This document shows, piece after piece, positions 20,527-31,400 of a stretch of DNA of 59,999 nucleotides. The translations under genes were made by a program, and so were the position numbers. The notes under the pieces are model-generated. The model was not told where the DNA came from and did not search any database. It saw nothing but the letters and a program-made list of their open reading frames with translations. The stretch lies in the IMG/VR virus record IMGVR_UViG_3300027631_000020, positions 1 through 59,999 of that record; one strand, given 5' to 3'. The DNA comes from a virus. Lineage: Duplodnaviria; Caudoviricetes. Every line of letters begins with the position of its first letter. The stretch's first letter is position 1.

Positions 20527-21276
20527 ATGGAAGAATTTAGAATTGACCCAACGATATCTTATGATGTTGTTGAACTACCTTCAAGGGGAATTTACTACCC
20601 AAGTGGTAAGAAATCCCTAAGAGTTGCATACCTAACTGCAACTGACGAAAACATACTATCGTCACAAAATTTAATCGCTACCAATATGGTAACTGAAGAA
20701 CTTCTAAAAAGAAAAATTCTTGATAGAGATTTTGAAGTTACTGAAATGGTTGATGACGATAAACAGGCGGTATTATTATTTTTAAGAAACACCGCGTTTG
20801 GTTCGGAATATAAATTTAATTTAATCGACCCAAAAACAAAAGAAGAATACGAAAGAATCGTTGATTTAAGTGAAGTTAAATTTAAAGATTTCACATTGGT
20901 TCCCGATGTTAACGGTGAATATCCATATAGAATGGAAAAAACTGGTATTGATATCACATTCAAATTTCTAAATCAAAAACAAATTGATGATATTAGAAAA
21001 ATAGAAGACAGTTGGAACGGAAATGGGGTTGCACCTGTTATCACAAAACAACTTGAAATGATGATTAAAACAGTTGCCGGTAATAAAGATATGATGAACA
21101 CAAGAAACTTCATTGAAAAATTACCAATCAAAGATTCTCAGGATTTCAGAAAATACGTGAAAGAAAATTCACCTAAACTAGATTTAAAAAAAGAAGTAAA
21201 CACCCCGTCAGGAGACATAGTCCAAGTAGAAATTGGATTCGGGGTTGAGTTTTTTCGTCCTTTCTACGGATTATAA
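20527..21276 (+). CDS. Tail assembly chaperone/baseplate hub assembly protein (T4 gp26-like)
   Basis: VELPSRG..Y, LTA.DE.IL, D...L..LR...G..Y, C-terminal EFF; located between tube and tape measure. Confidence 0.75.
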   Translation: MEEFRIDPTISYDVVELPSRGIYYPSGKKSLRVAYLTATDENILSSQNLIATNMVTEELLKRKILDRDFEVTEMVDDDKQAVLLFLRNTAFGSEYKFNLIDPKTKEEYERIVDLSEVKFKDFTLVPDVNGEYPYRMEKTGIDITFKFLNQKQIDDIRKIEDSWNGNGVAPVITKQLEMMIKTVAGNKDMMNTRNFIEKLPIKDSQDFRKYVKENSPKLDLKKEVNTPSGDIVQVEIGFGVEFFRPFYGL

Positions 21277-21409
21277 GAAAGGTCAGCTAGACGAGATTTT
21301 ATTTTTAGTTAAAAGAGGATTCTCTTATGGGGATGTACTTACTATGCCCGTCTTTATTAGAAGGTATTATGTTGAGTATTTAATTGAATTAGAAAATAGG
21401 TCGGCGTAA
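21245..21409 (+). CDS. Hidden 54-codon ORF (gp51-like/chaperone extension), absent from the ORF track and possibly a +1 frameshift extension of the upstream gene
   Basis: Reads LSFFVLSTDYKKGQLDEILFLVKRGFSYGDVLTMPVFIRRYYVEYLIELENRSA*; the GFS..D...MP...R..Y pattern is typical; it has no N-terminal ATG and fills the gap before the tape measure gene. Confidence 0.7.
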   Translation: MSFFVLSTDYKKGQLDEILFLVKRGFSYGDVLTMPVFIRRYYVEYLIELENRSA

Positions 21410-21420
21410 TATTTATAGAC

Positions 21421-23325
21421 ATGGCAAATGGACCCAAACCACAAATTTCTTCTTTTATAGGTAAATATGGAAGTGCACCAAAAGATTCTAAGGCGTATTC
21501 CGATGCGATGGAGATGCATTTGGGGTCATCATATAATATGCCTCAAAATGAAACGAATCAATTTCTTAATCATTGGAATAAAGTAAGTAATGGGGTAGGT
21601 TCAGGTTCAACCACTGCAACCTCCACATACAACCCCATAACTATGGCAAAAAATGCTATTGTTGGTGGACTAGAAACTCAAGAACAAACAGGTCAGATGC
21701 CTCAGGTTGGTGAAGAGATGATTAAGGCATCAACATCAGCAAAAGAGTTATTCGGGTTTATTACTAATCTTAAAAGTCCAATGGATATTTTAAGTGGTGC
21801 GGTTGGAGTAATTGGAGACCAAGCGGCGTTATATCTAACACAACAAACTGAACTACTTGGGGTTATCAATAAACAAGCGGGATTAACTGGAAAGTTTTCC
21901 GAAGATGTTAGAGATGAATTAACACAGGCAAATATTCCATTAACTCGATTGGGTATCGGTTTTGCGGATTTAGCAACTGCAGCAAAAGATTTAGTTAGTG
22001 ATAGTGGTAGGTTTATCACTTTAAATAAACAATCTTGGTATGAAGCGGGAGCCGCAGCAACCGCATATGTTGGAACACTTGGAGAATTAGTCCAAATGTA
22101 TCCCGCATTTGAAAAAATAGGTATTGGAGCATCTGATGTTGCCAATCAAATTAAAGAAACAGGTCAAAGGTCTCTTAGTTTGGGTTTACAATCCAGTAAA
22201 ACCACAAAAGAGTTAGGTTCAAATATTGGAAAAATAAATGAATACGGTTTTAAAAATGGTATTCAAGGATTATCCGAAATGGTTAGAAAATCTACCGAGT
22301 TTAGAATGAGTATGGAAACTGCGTTTAAAGTCGCCGACGACGTGATGGACCCAGATAAGGCGATTGATATGGCCGCAAATTTACAAGCAATTGGTGGGGC
22401 TATTGGTGATTTTAATGACCCAATGAAGTTAATGTATATGGCAACAAATAATGTTGAGGGATTACAAGATGCTTTGATTGGTGTTGCGGGTTCATTAGCA
22501 ACGTATAATGAAGAACAAGGACGTTTTGAAATTACTGGTGTTAACCTTAGAAAGGCTAAGGCGATGGCTAGTGAACTTGGGATATCGTACACGGAATTGG
22601 CTAATGGAGCGATTGCTGCGGCTGAAAGGTCAACAGCGGCATCTGCATTATTGGGAAGAGGATTGAAATTAGATGAGGACCAACAAAGATTCCTTACTAA
22701 CATTTCACAAATGAAAGGTGGTCAAATGTCAATTGAACTTAATAGTGATAAACTCAAAGATGCATTAGGTATAGATAGAAAAGCGGGTGAGGTGTCGTTA
22801 GATAAATTAACCCAAAAACAAGTTGATACTCTTTTACAGTATCAGGATGAGTTTAAAAAATTATCACCAGAAGAAATCATTCAAAAACAAGCAACGACGG
22901 TTGAAAATATTGCCAGAGATGTTAATTATATGGCAGCAGCCGCAAGAGTTGGTGCCGCCAATAAAGGAGGAGCATTTTTAGAAAAAATAAAAGAAATGGC
23001 GGGTTATGAACCCGGAACCTTACTTAAAAAAAGTAATGAATTGGCTAATAAAGTGGGAGAGGCTCTCGGTCAAGAACCGGCTAAGGCCACACCAGTCAGT
23101 ACACCGCAACAATCGGTACCTGTGAATAATTCAACACCGACAACAAATACACCAACAACGACTGCTGAGTCCCAAACTAATCAATCTAAAGAAATCACCC
23201 TTAATGTTAAGAGTGACCCAATCATGGATGAATTTTCAAGATACATTGTTAGAAGACCTGAAGCAATTGACGCATTTTTAAATAGTAGTAGTCCGAGAGA
23301 TTATACTAGTCAAACATATGCATAA
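21421..23325 (+). CDS. Tape measure protein (634 aa)
   Basis: Ala/Gly-rich helical composition; follows tube and chaperone genes. Confidence 0.7.
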   Translation: MANGPKPQISSFIGKYGSAPKDSKAYSDAMEMHLGSSYNMPQNETNQFLNHWNKVSNGVGSGSTTATSTYNPITMAKNAIVGGLETQEQTGQMPQVGEEMIKASTSAKELFGFITNLKSPMDILSGAVGVIGDQAALYLTQQTELLGVINKQAGLTGKFSEDVRDELTQANIPLTRLGIGFADLATAAKDLVSDSGRFITLNKQSWYEAGAAATAYVGTLGELVQMYPAFEKIGIGASDVANQIKETGQRSLSLGLQSSKTTKELGSNIGKINEYGFKNGIQGLSEMVRKSTEFRMSMETAFKVADDVMDPDKAIDMAANLQAIGGAIGDFNDPMKLMYMATNNVEGLQDALIGVAGSLATYNEEQGRFEITGVNLRKAKAMASELGISYTELANGAIAAAERSTAASALLGRGLKLDEDQQRFLTNISQMKGGQMSIELNSDKLKDALGIDRKAGEVSLDKLTQKQVDTLLQYQDEFKKLSPEEIIQKQATTVENIARDVNYMAAAARVGAANKGGAFLEKIKEMAGYEPGTLLKKSNELANKVGEALGQEPAKATPVSTPQQSVPVNNSTPTTNTPTTTAESQTNQSKEITLNVKSDPIMDEFSRYIVRRPEAIDAFLNSSSPRDYTSQTYA

Positions 23326-23360
23326 AATGAGTAAATCTCTATTTATAGTAAAAACAATAA

Positions 23361-26300
23361 ATGCCAAGTTATTTAGATTTTAGTAATACATCAACATTCA
23401 GGGATTTTCTTATAGGAAAGACGTTACAACGCCCATTCGGTCCACAAACATTTACGGCATCGAACTATAGTGTTCAAACTCTAAGTAATCTGGCCAACGT
23501 TGACCCAGGTGCGGTCGATACAAACCGAGTAAATGATTTAGTTACAATTAAAAATGCAAATATTTTTAAACCACTAAATTATTTTGTAACAGAAAATATT
23601 AATACATTACCAAGAAGTGCTAATTTGAGTTTATATCCCTATTTTACTAGAGGAGATATTAGTAGTTTAATTGGTATTATGTCGAATAGTAACTATGATA
23701 ATGAATCACAGTTAATGAAATTCGCGGCGTTAAACATACGTGAGAATAAAGATGGACCTGTATTTGCAAGGATTACACAAAATCTAAAATCGGCAACAAT
23801 CGGTAGAGTTAGATTAGCCGATGCGATTAATGGTAATATGACAACGGCAATTAATATTGTTACGGGTAGAGAACCATTAGTAGAAAAAAATTATAGAATC
23901 ACAGTTGCAAAGACACTATTAGGTAAAGGTATTGATTTTCTTCAAACAGTTGCCGGTGTTGAGTTTCCGTGGTCAGAAATACCGGGTGATTATTTATCAA
24001 ACCCACAAAACCCAATTGAGAATAGACCAACACCTAAAACTGAAGGTGGGGCAATTCTACAAGATATTACAGGCGCATTAGGTTCATTGATTGGTATCCA
24101 AAGAAGACCAAAGGTTTCAAGAAAACCTTCCGATTTAATGATTGAATACATGGGCGATGGTCAAAAACAAGTATTGTTTGATAACCTCTCATATTCAAAA
24201 TATGCGCCAAACTACACAACAACCGCAAGGTCTCAACAATCATCCAAATTATTCAATTCGATAAACCAATTTGCTCAAGGAGTTAAATCTCTATTAGGGT
24301 TAGAGGCACCAAAAGGTGGTGCATATATTGGAGACGATAGAAGTGAAGATGTGAAGATGACAATGTCTGATTCAAATAACAATATGGTAAAAGGTAGTTA
24401 CTATATGGGTATGATGTTTGACCCGATTCAAACGTCATTATTTGAAAGACAACAAAATATTACTGAAGGTGGAACACTCGGAGGTAAATTAACTTGGATT
24501 AGTACTAACTCAAAAAACAAGTTAGGTTTATATAATGAGGAGTGGGCTCAAGAATCAACACAACATAGTGACGGACTATCAACGAAATATGGTTTTAGGG
24601 AAGATTCGATTCTTGGGAAAACACAAGAACTCCTTAACTCTATGCCAAATGACGGTATGGCCGCACGAACTCACGTTGGTAATGTTATTGACCAAACTAG
24701 TAGAGTCTTCAAAGAAGGTGAAACAATGTTGTCAAGAGGTTCGGCAATTCAATACGTTGACAAATACACAAAAGAAAACACTGGTATAGAATATTGTAGA
24801 GTATGGACCAAAGATAGGTCTTACTTTAACTATTCAGATACTATGAAGAGAACGGGTAATATCCGTAAATTTGATGATAGTGTTATGAGTACACCGTGGA
24901 ATTTGAACATTGCACCAATGTCAAATGGTCAAAAGGAATTCAAGGGATTTTCAACCAACATATTTCCACAGGGAGACGGGTTTTATGCAAAAAAATATAT
25001 GTTCTCACTTGAGAATTTGGCGTGGAAAACATCAACAACTCCCGGTTTCACATATAACGATTTACCTTATTGTGAAAGAGGAAGTAATGGAGGTAGAGTA
25101 ATGTGGTTCCCACCATACGATTTAAAAATCAGTGAACAAAACTCGGCAAGATGGACGGACAATACCTTCTTAGGTAGACCCGAACCAATCTACACATATC
25201 AAGATACAACAAGAACAGGTCAATTATCTTTCAAAGTTGTAGTCGACCACCCAAGTATTTTAAACCTATTGGTTAGAGAACACTTTAAAGGGATGTCAGA
25301 TGAAGAAACTGAAAATTACATCAATGCAATGTTTGCTGGATGTGAGGAATTGGATTTCTACTCACTTATTAGGAGATACACCCAATTAGACATGGATGAT
25401 GTTACCTTGATTAAGATGTTCTTAGAAAAAGGAAAAGACACCGAAGTTATAAAAAAATATAAAACCATTGTTGAACCTGTTGTCGGTAAAGAAGAAGGTG
25501 GAGGTAATGGAAGTGGGCAAAAAAATGACAAAGTAAGTAAGAGTTTTGTACTTAAATATGACAACGATATTCCGGGTCCACGTTTACAATCGGTAGAGGT
25601 AGACACACCATACGGAGAGTTATTCGGTAAATTTTATGATAAGAAAAGCGGTCATACTGCCTCACTTGAAACCGATTTAAGAAGTATCACAGGTTTAACA
25701 CAAACCGCACAAATTTTAAAAGAAAAATCATACATTTTTGGTTCAACCGGTGCGACTATTGACGATACATCTGTCATTGCTCAAACAACAAAATTGAGTG
25801 AGTACTTTGAGACTGCAAAATCTCAGTACGAAAGTTATACGGGCGAAACTGTAACACTTAAAGAAAAGATTAGTGGTAACACTGTACAAAAAATATATTT
25901 AACAGTCGAGTCATCGTGTTCTTCTGTTGCATCTGAGTATTACAATGAAAAATTGGCGTTGAGAAGAAGTTCAAGTATTATAAGAGACTTTTTCAATAGA
26001 ATATCTAAAGATGGTGATGGGGCAAAAAAGGTAAAATTAAAATGGGTTGATAGTCTTGGTCTTGAGCAAAATAAAAACTTATCTGAAAACGATAAGGTTA
26101 TTGTTGTTAAAGGTAAAGCGATTGTAATTAAAAAAGAATATAAATTAAGTGATTTTGGTTGGTCGGGTAATACAGGTGTTGTTGTTATTGATTCTGCGAA
26201 TTATGGTGAAGGTTTTACCGGACCATCTCCTGACACACAATGTAAAGGGAAAGAATTTGTTACCGTTAAAGGATTGAAAATTAATGCACCTATTGCGTTT

Positions 26301-28130
26301 TATTGTAGACAATCTACGGTAAAACTTGATTACGTCATTCAACCTGAACCACCAAAACCAACACCACCACCGACAGTGGTTACAAGAATTGAGGAAGACG
26401 GAGAAACCATTTTATATCCGCCAACTAAGAAACCCGCAATTGACCCGATGAAAAGAATCATTATGAAAACTCTTTCGGAGTGTTTCTATTTCAAGAAACT
26501 CGAAGAGGATTCTCCACTTGCATTTAAATCATTAAAGGAAAAATTAAAATATTTTCATCCTGGATTTCACTCGACAACGCCTGAAGGTTTAAATTCACGT
26601 TTAACTTTCATGTTACAATGTGTTAGACCGGGTGACACGATTCCAATTAAAGGAATTTCAGATGATGCGGATTTGAACGCTAGAAATACTTCGTTTGGTC
26701 CACCACCTGTTTGTGTATTAAGAATTGGTGATTTCTATCATTCAAAAATTATTATTCGTGATGTAAACATCACATACGATGATTCACCATGGGATTTAAA
26801 TCCTGAAGGAATTGGAGTACAACCAATGATTGCAAATGTAACGTGTCAAATTGCATTTATCGGAGGACAAGGTTTAAACAGACCTGTTGAACGATTACAA
26901 AATGCGTTGTCATCAAACTTCTTTGCAAATACAGAAATGTTCGATGAAAGGTCAATCCCAACAAATGAAACAATTGGTGGTGTGGATGCAAAAGAATTTA
27001 CAGACGATTTCCTACGTAAACTTAAAGAAGATTTTGATAAAGGTTATGGAAAAACCACACCCGAGTCTCAAAATACAAATAAAATAAGTGAAGGAGAATG
27101 GATTGGTACGTTTATTTCACCATCATCCACAATAGATTTTACACCATTATTAAAACCTGTATTTGAAAATACTGACAACTATTTTAAAAGTTACGAAAAA
27201 ACATATAATAAATTAATTTCTAAATATGGAACCGAAATTGGTACTCTTTTATTAAAAGACACATATAGAACCGTAAATCAATACGACATTTATAGTTCAA
27301 CTAGTACCACACCCGGTTCAACCATTTCATTAGTTGGTTTATATCCAAAGAATAGTGAATTATCTATTTTAATGAGGGGGGTAAAAAGTGCAATAATTGC
27401 GACGTTAGAAACTACCGATTTGTCTACTATGATGGGATTAGATAAAATATTAACGACACCTAAGTTGGATAAGTCAAATGAATATTTACAACCATTAATT
27501 AAAACAATGGTGGAAGAAAAATTAAATGAGTTAATTGACACAAATCCTTTTTCTGAACTTGAATCTGTTAGAGATTCATTAATCAGTAGTTTGGATGATG
27601 TTAACTTCCTTGTAAAGTTTGGTAAAGATGCGATGGTAAAAGGTGAAGAGGTAAGTGAAGGGGTATTATCAGGGTATACTTACGATTTATTATATAATGA
27701 ATATAGTAGTTGTGTTGAATATATTGAGAAAAACACACCAAAAATGTTTGTTGATTTAACATCAACCATAAACTTCAACAACCCTACCATTACTTCAAAT
27801 GACTTTGAAAAAATCATGAGTGTTTTCCTTGAAGAGAAGTTAAATGAAATTGCAAAAGTTTACGAATCGGATACCACTATCTTCCCTGATAATATCAGAA
27901 AGAAAATTAGAAAAAGGATTGAGGACTTCGTTGAAAAACCAAAAGACAAGAATTTTAAATTTTCAAAATTTAAAGATAGGAAGAATGATAAACCTGTTAA
28001 GTTCTCAATTACCTCAAGTAATCCGGCAACTGACGCAACATTCAAAGAGGAGGCTAAGAAAATACATTCGGATAATAATCCACCAACGACCAAACTAAAC
28101 TACTATAGAAGTAAAAAAGATACAAAATAA
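23361..28130 (+). CDS. Large baseplate hub/tube-initiator protein with an inserted OmpA-like domain
   Basis: Tube-initiator-like motifs (W....FLGRPEPIYTY..T.R...LSF; PPVCVLRIGDFY....I...V...Y....WD.....P..A.V); OmpA-like SS.AS..YNEKLALRR. Confidence 0.6.
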   Translation: MPSYLDFSNTSTFRDFLIGKTLQRPFGPQTFTASNYSVQTLSNLANVDPGAVDTNRVNDLVTIKNANIFKPLNYFVTENINTLPRSANLSLYPYFTRGDISSLIGIMSNSNYDNESQLMKFAALNIRENKDGPVFARITQNLKSATIGRVRLADAINGNMTTAINIVTGREPLVEKNYRITVAKTLLGKGIDFLQTVAGVEFPWSEIPGDYLSNPQNPIENRPTPKTEGGAILQDITGALGSLIGIQRRPKVSRKPSDLMIEYMGDGQKQVLFDNLSYSKYAPNYTTTARSQQSSKLFNSINQFAQGVKSLLGLEAPKGGAYIGDDRSEDVKMTMSDSNNNMVKGSYYMGMMFDPIQTSLFERQQNITEGGTLGGKLTWISTNSKNKLGLYNEEWAQESTQHSDGLSTKYGFREDSILGKTQELLNSMPNDGMAARTHVGNVIDQTSRVFKEGETMLSRGSAIQYVDKYTKENTGIEYCRVWTKDRSYFNYSDTMKRTGNIRKFDDSVMSTPWNLNIAPMSNGQKEFKGFSTNIFPQGDGFYAKKYMFSLENLAWKTSTTPGFTYNDLPYCERGSNGGRVMWFPPYDLKISEQNSARWTDNTFLGRPEPIYTYQDTTRTGQLSFKVVVDHPSILNLLVREHFKGMSDEETENYINAMFAGCEELDFYSLIRRYTQLDMDDVTLIKMFLEKGKDTEVIKKYKTIVEPVVGKEEGGGNGSGQKNDKVSKSFVLKYDNDIPGPRLQSVEVDTPYGELFGKFYDKKSGHTASLETDLRSITGLTQTAQILKEKSYIFGSTGATIDDTSVIAQTTKLSEYFETAKSQYESYTGETVTLKEKISGNTVQKIYLTVESSCSSVASEYYNEKLALRRSSSIIRDFFNRISKDGDGAKKVKLKWVDSLGLEQNKNLSENDKVIVVKGKAIVIKKEYKLSDFGWSGNTGVVVIDSANYGEGFTGPSPDTQCKGKEFVTVKGLKINAPIAFYCRQSTVKLDYVIQPEPPKPTPPPTVVTRIEEDGETILYPPTKKPAIDPMKRIIMKTLSECFYFKKLEEDSPLAFKSLKEKLKYFHPGFHSTTPEGLNSRLTFMLQCVRPGDTIPIKGISDDADLNARNTSFGPPPVCVLRIGDFYHSKIIIRDVNITYDDSPWDLNPEGIGVQPMIANVTCQIAFIGGQGLNRPVERLQNALSSNFFANTEMFDERSIPTNETIGGVDAKEFTDDFLRKLKEDFDKGYGKTTPESQNTNKISEGEWIGTFISPSSTIDFTPLLKPVFENTDNYFKSYEKTYNKLISKYGTEIGTLLLKDTYRTVNQYDIYSSTSTTPGSTISLVGLYPKNSELSILMRGVKSAIIATLETTDLSTMMGLDKILTTPKLDKSNEYLQPLIKTMVEEKLNELIDTNPFSELESVRDSLISSLDDVNFLVKFGKDAMVKGEEVSEGVLSGYTYDLLYNEYSSCVEYIEKNTPKMFVDLTSTINFNNPTITSNDFEKIMSVFLEEKLNEIAKVYESDTTIFPDNIRKKIRKRIEDFVEKPKDKNFKFSKFKDRKNDKPVKFSITSSNPATDATFKEEAKKIHSDNNPPTTKLNYYRSKKDTK

Positions 28131-28456
28131 TGTCAAGAGAATACTACAACAGATACGAATTATTCATAGAGGATAGTGAATTTAAAATTGTACCCGGTAT
28201 TCAAATACCAATTAAGGGAACCGATAAGTACACTTTTTATAAAAAGGGAAAAGATAGGTTAGACAAAATATCACAAGAGTATTATAATACTCCCGTATTT
28301 GGATGGTTAATTCTAATGGCAAATCCTGAAGTTAGTGGTTTAGAATTTGAAATACCGAATAATTCTCTATTAAGAGTGCCATTTCCTTTAACTACGACTT
28401 TACAAGATTATAAAAGAAGTGTAGAATTGTACAACTTATATTATGGCGAGCAATAA
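28130..28456 (+). CDS. LysM-like baseplate wedge protein (gp53-like)
   Basis: DRLDKISQEYY..P..GWLILMANP...LRVP. Confidence 0.8.
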   Translation: MSREYYNRYELFIEDSEFKIVPGIQIPIKGTDKYTFYKKGKDRLDKISQEYYNTPVFGWLILMANPEVSGLEFEIPNNSLLRVPFPLTTTLQDYKRSVELYNLYYGEQ

Positions 28457-31400
28457 CGATTTAACTAATAGTGAAAACATACTTGTAAAAGTAGACCAAA
28501 ACAATCTTATGTATATCGACCCGAATAGTGTCGTCGACAATGACGGTAATATTCAACCTAGGGGAGTAAAACAAGAGAATTTGGTTATGTATGCGAACTT
28601 GGAGGCGGATATTATCCCGAGAACAACTCTAGTTGCAAAAGAACAAGGTAGTACACTTGTTAGTATCGCCAAGGGTGAACTTAACTTTTTAAAAAATCAA
28701 ACAGGGGACGGTAATTTCGATACCTCATGGACAGATTCGTTTGTTGGTAAGGACAACTTTACTGATAAAGATGGAAAACCATTACCTAAAACCGCAAAAA
28801 ACTATTCAGGGGCGGATAGTGTAAACTACGACCCAAGTGGACAAAGTTTTGGTATTGATAGTATTAACATAACAGTTAAGGGTGCCAACTACACACCCCA
28901 GGTCACAATTAATTTCATCGACGTTAGAGGTAAAACACTATTTGAATCATCTGAAAATTCACCATATCGTGCATTTTTTCACTTACCGTGGCCAATATTT
29001 TATTTAACTGTAAAGGGATATTACGGTAAGGCAATAAGGTATCGTTTACACATGACTAAGTTTAGTTCAAAGTTTAACGAGTCTAATGGTAACTTTGAAG
29101 TGACCACAACATTTGTGGGTTCAACTTACGCATTTATGAATGACATCCCATTATCCACAATGATAAACAGTCCTTATATGTTTTTAACTGAAAATGTTGA
29201 GAACAAAAAATTTAATGAAAAGGATGGGAGATACGAAAAAACAATTTCAAGAAGTTCAAGGGGATATCAAATTTTAAGGTCAGTTTACGAACAATACGAA
29301 CAAAAAGGATTAGTTGCTAAGGGAACATTCATTAAGAACGACGGTAAACCCGTAAAAACTTTAAAAGATTTAGGATACATTGCAGAATCATTAGATAAGA
29401 TTTTGGAAAGAAAAATCTTCAATGAGGTTGTAGATATGTCAGTGTTTCAAGGGATTAAAGAATTGGAAACAACTCTTAATACTTTTGAGAGTGCAATTAG
29501 TGCGTGGTCTAAACAAAATTTAGCGGTTAAAGAATTTGAAGTTAGGTTAATTGGTACTGACGAATACAATTGGTATTATATTGGAACCAAAGAAAAAAAG
29601 TCTTTAGATAAAATAACTGGTGAGAGTGAAGGTACTTTAGAAAGGTTACTAAAGGTATATTCCGAAGAATTAAACAAATCAGTTTTATTTGAAAATAAAT
29701 TAATGAATAGAACGAAGTCCGATTTTAAAAAGATTTCGTTGAGTACAATTAAAAACATTAAATCTTATTACGATGTTTTAACTGACGGTTTTGTTTTGGT
29801 TGGTGTTGATTTACTTTTAAAAGATATTTTTGAAATTAGAAAATCATTTGAAGAACAAAGAAAAAAATTAGAGGATGAGGTTGAACAAAAGATGAATGAA
29901 ATCATCAAAGACCCAACTTTAGGGTTTGGATTTGAACCGACCATTAGAAATATTTTTGCGGTGGTTTTGGCTGGTGCTGATGTGTATATTCGTTTAATGA
30001 AGGACACCCACAACAAAGCATTTGATGCAAGTAAAAGTAGAATAAAACTATTAGAAGGTTTAAGTGACGAACAAAAAGGGAAGGGAGTTGCAATTTATCC
30101 ATGGCCTGAGGTTAAAAAACCAATGTCAAGTGGAAAACAAAATGTAATTGCATATCCTGGCGAGGCTGAATTGGTTAATAAATTAAAATCTAACAATAAA
30201 ACGTTGTGGCCTGAGGTTGATTTTGTTGAGGAGTATATTAAAATTGTAACGAACAAATTAGACACAGGTGTTAAAACAGAACCAACGATTAGTGACATTA
30301 ATTATATTTTCGAATCTGATTCTGAATCGAATAATTTAGATGACATTAGTGGTATAGATGTAATAAATGATGGACTACCATATACTGATAAAGTGTTTTC
30401 ATCTTTTATTTACGAAGTGTACGAAAGAGCAAAATATATTACATTATTTGATTCTTACACAAATAGTATGTTGGATATCTTGGCAAAAGAAGAGGTAGAA
30501 AACATTAAAGAGTCTATAGGTGAAGATATTGAATTAGTGGACTTATGTCAAAAACTAACCAGTATTGATTCATTTATAACGGTTTCACCGGATGGTACTA
30601 AATTTGATGGATACCTTCCATCATCATCACCACACGATAGGTTTACTTATTTAAGAGACCATCTACCAACGGTACCGTACATTAAAGATATTTTAGAGTA
30701 CCCATTTAAGTTTGAAAAATACGGAAGTGTTAATAGACAAAGGAAAGATTTCAAATCAAAAGAAATGAATGATGAATTGGTGAAATATGTTTCAGAACCA
30801 TATAGAACTAAAATATATCCATTTAATTCAGACACTTATTTAGATTATTTGAATAAGACCGAATTTACTGATGACAATTTTAAATTTAATGGGATTTTAC
30901 AAGTTAACCCATCACAAGGATTTGTATGTTCACCGTTTAATGTGACTTCATGGGTTAAACCTGGATACGATGAAAATATGTTTACACAAAAACTTAAAAA
31001 TGGTAACACATCCGTTAATATATTAAACACACCATATTTTCATAAACAGTTAAAATCTGATTTTGGTAAAACGACCAAACACGGAAAATATACGGGAGCG
31101 TCTTATCTTTTATTAAATTCATTGCCGTTTTTAGATTTAGAAGATACCATTACATTTACTGACCCATTAGCCGGAATGATGGGTCAAACTAACAACAGTA
31201 AATCGATATTAATGTCTTCTTTATTCAGAGAAGTTTCATCAACTCATTTTGTACCGTACCACTTAATGTTAAAATGGGGAGCAATGTACCATAGATACAG
31301 AAAACAAATTATTGATGGTGTGGATATATTAGATGGTTTCTTAAACTCAAGTAATATAACACAACCAATTACGGGTAGTGCCTTTTTTGATGGTGGATTA

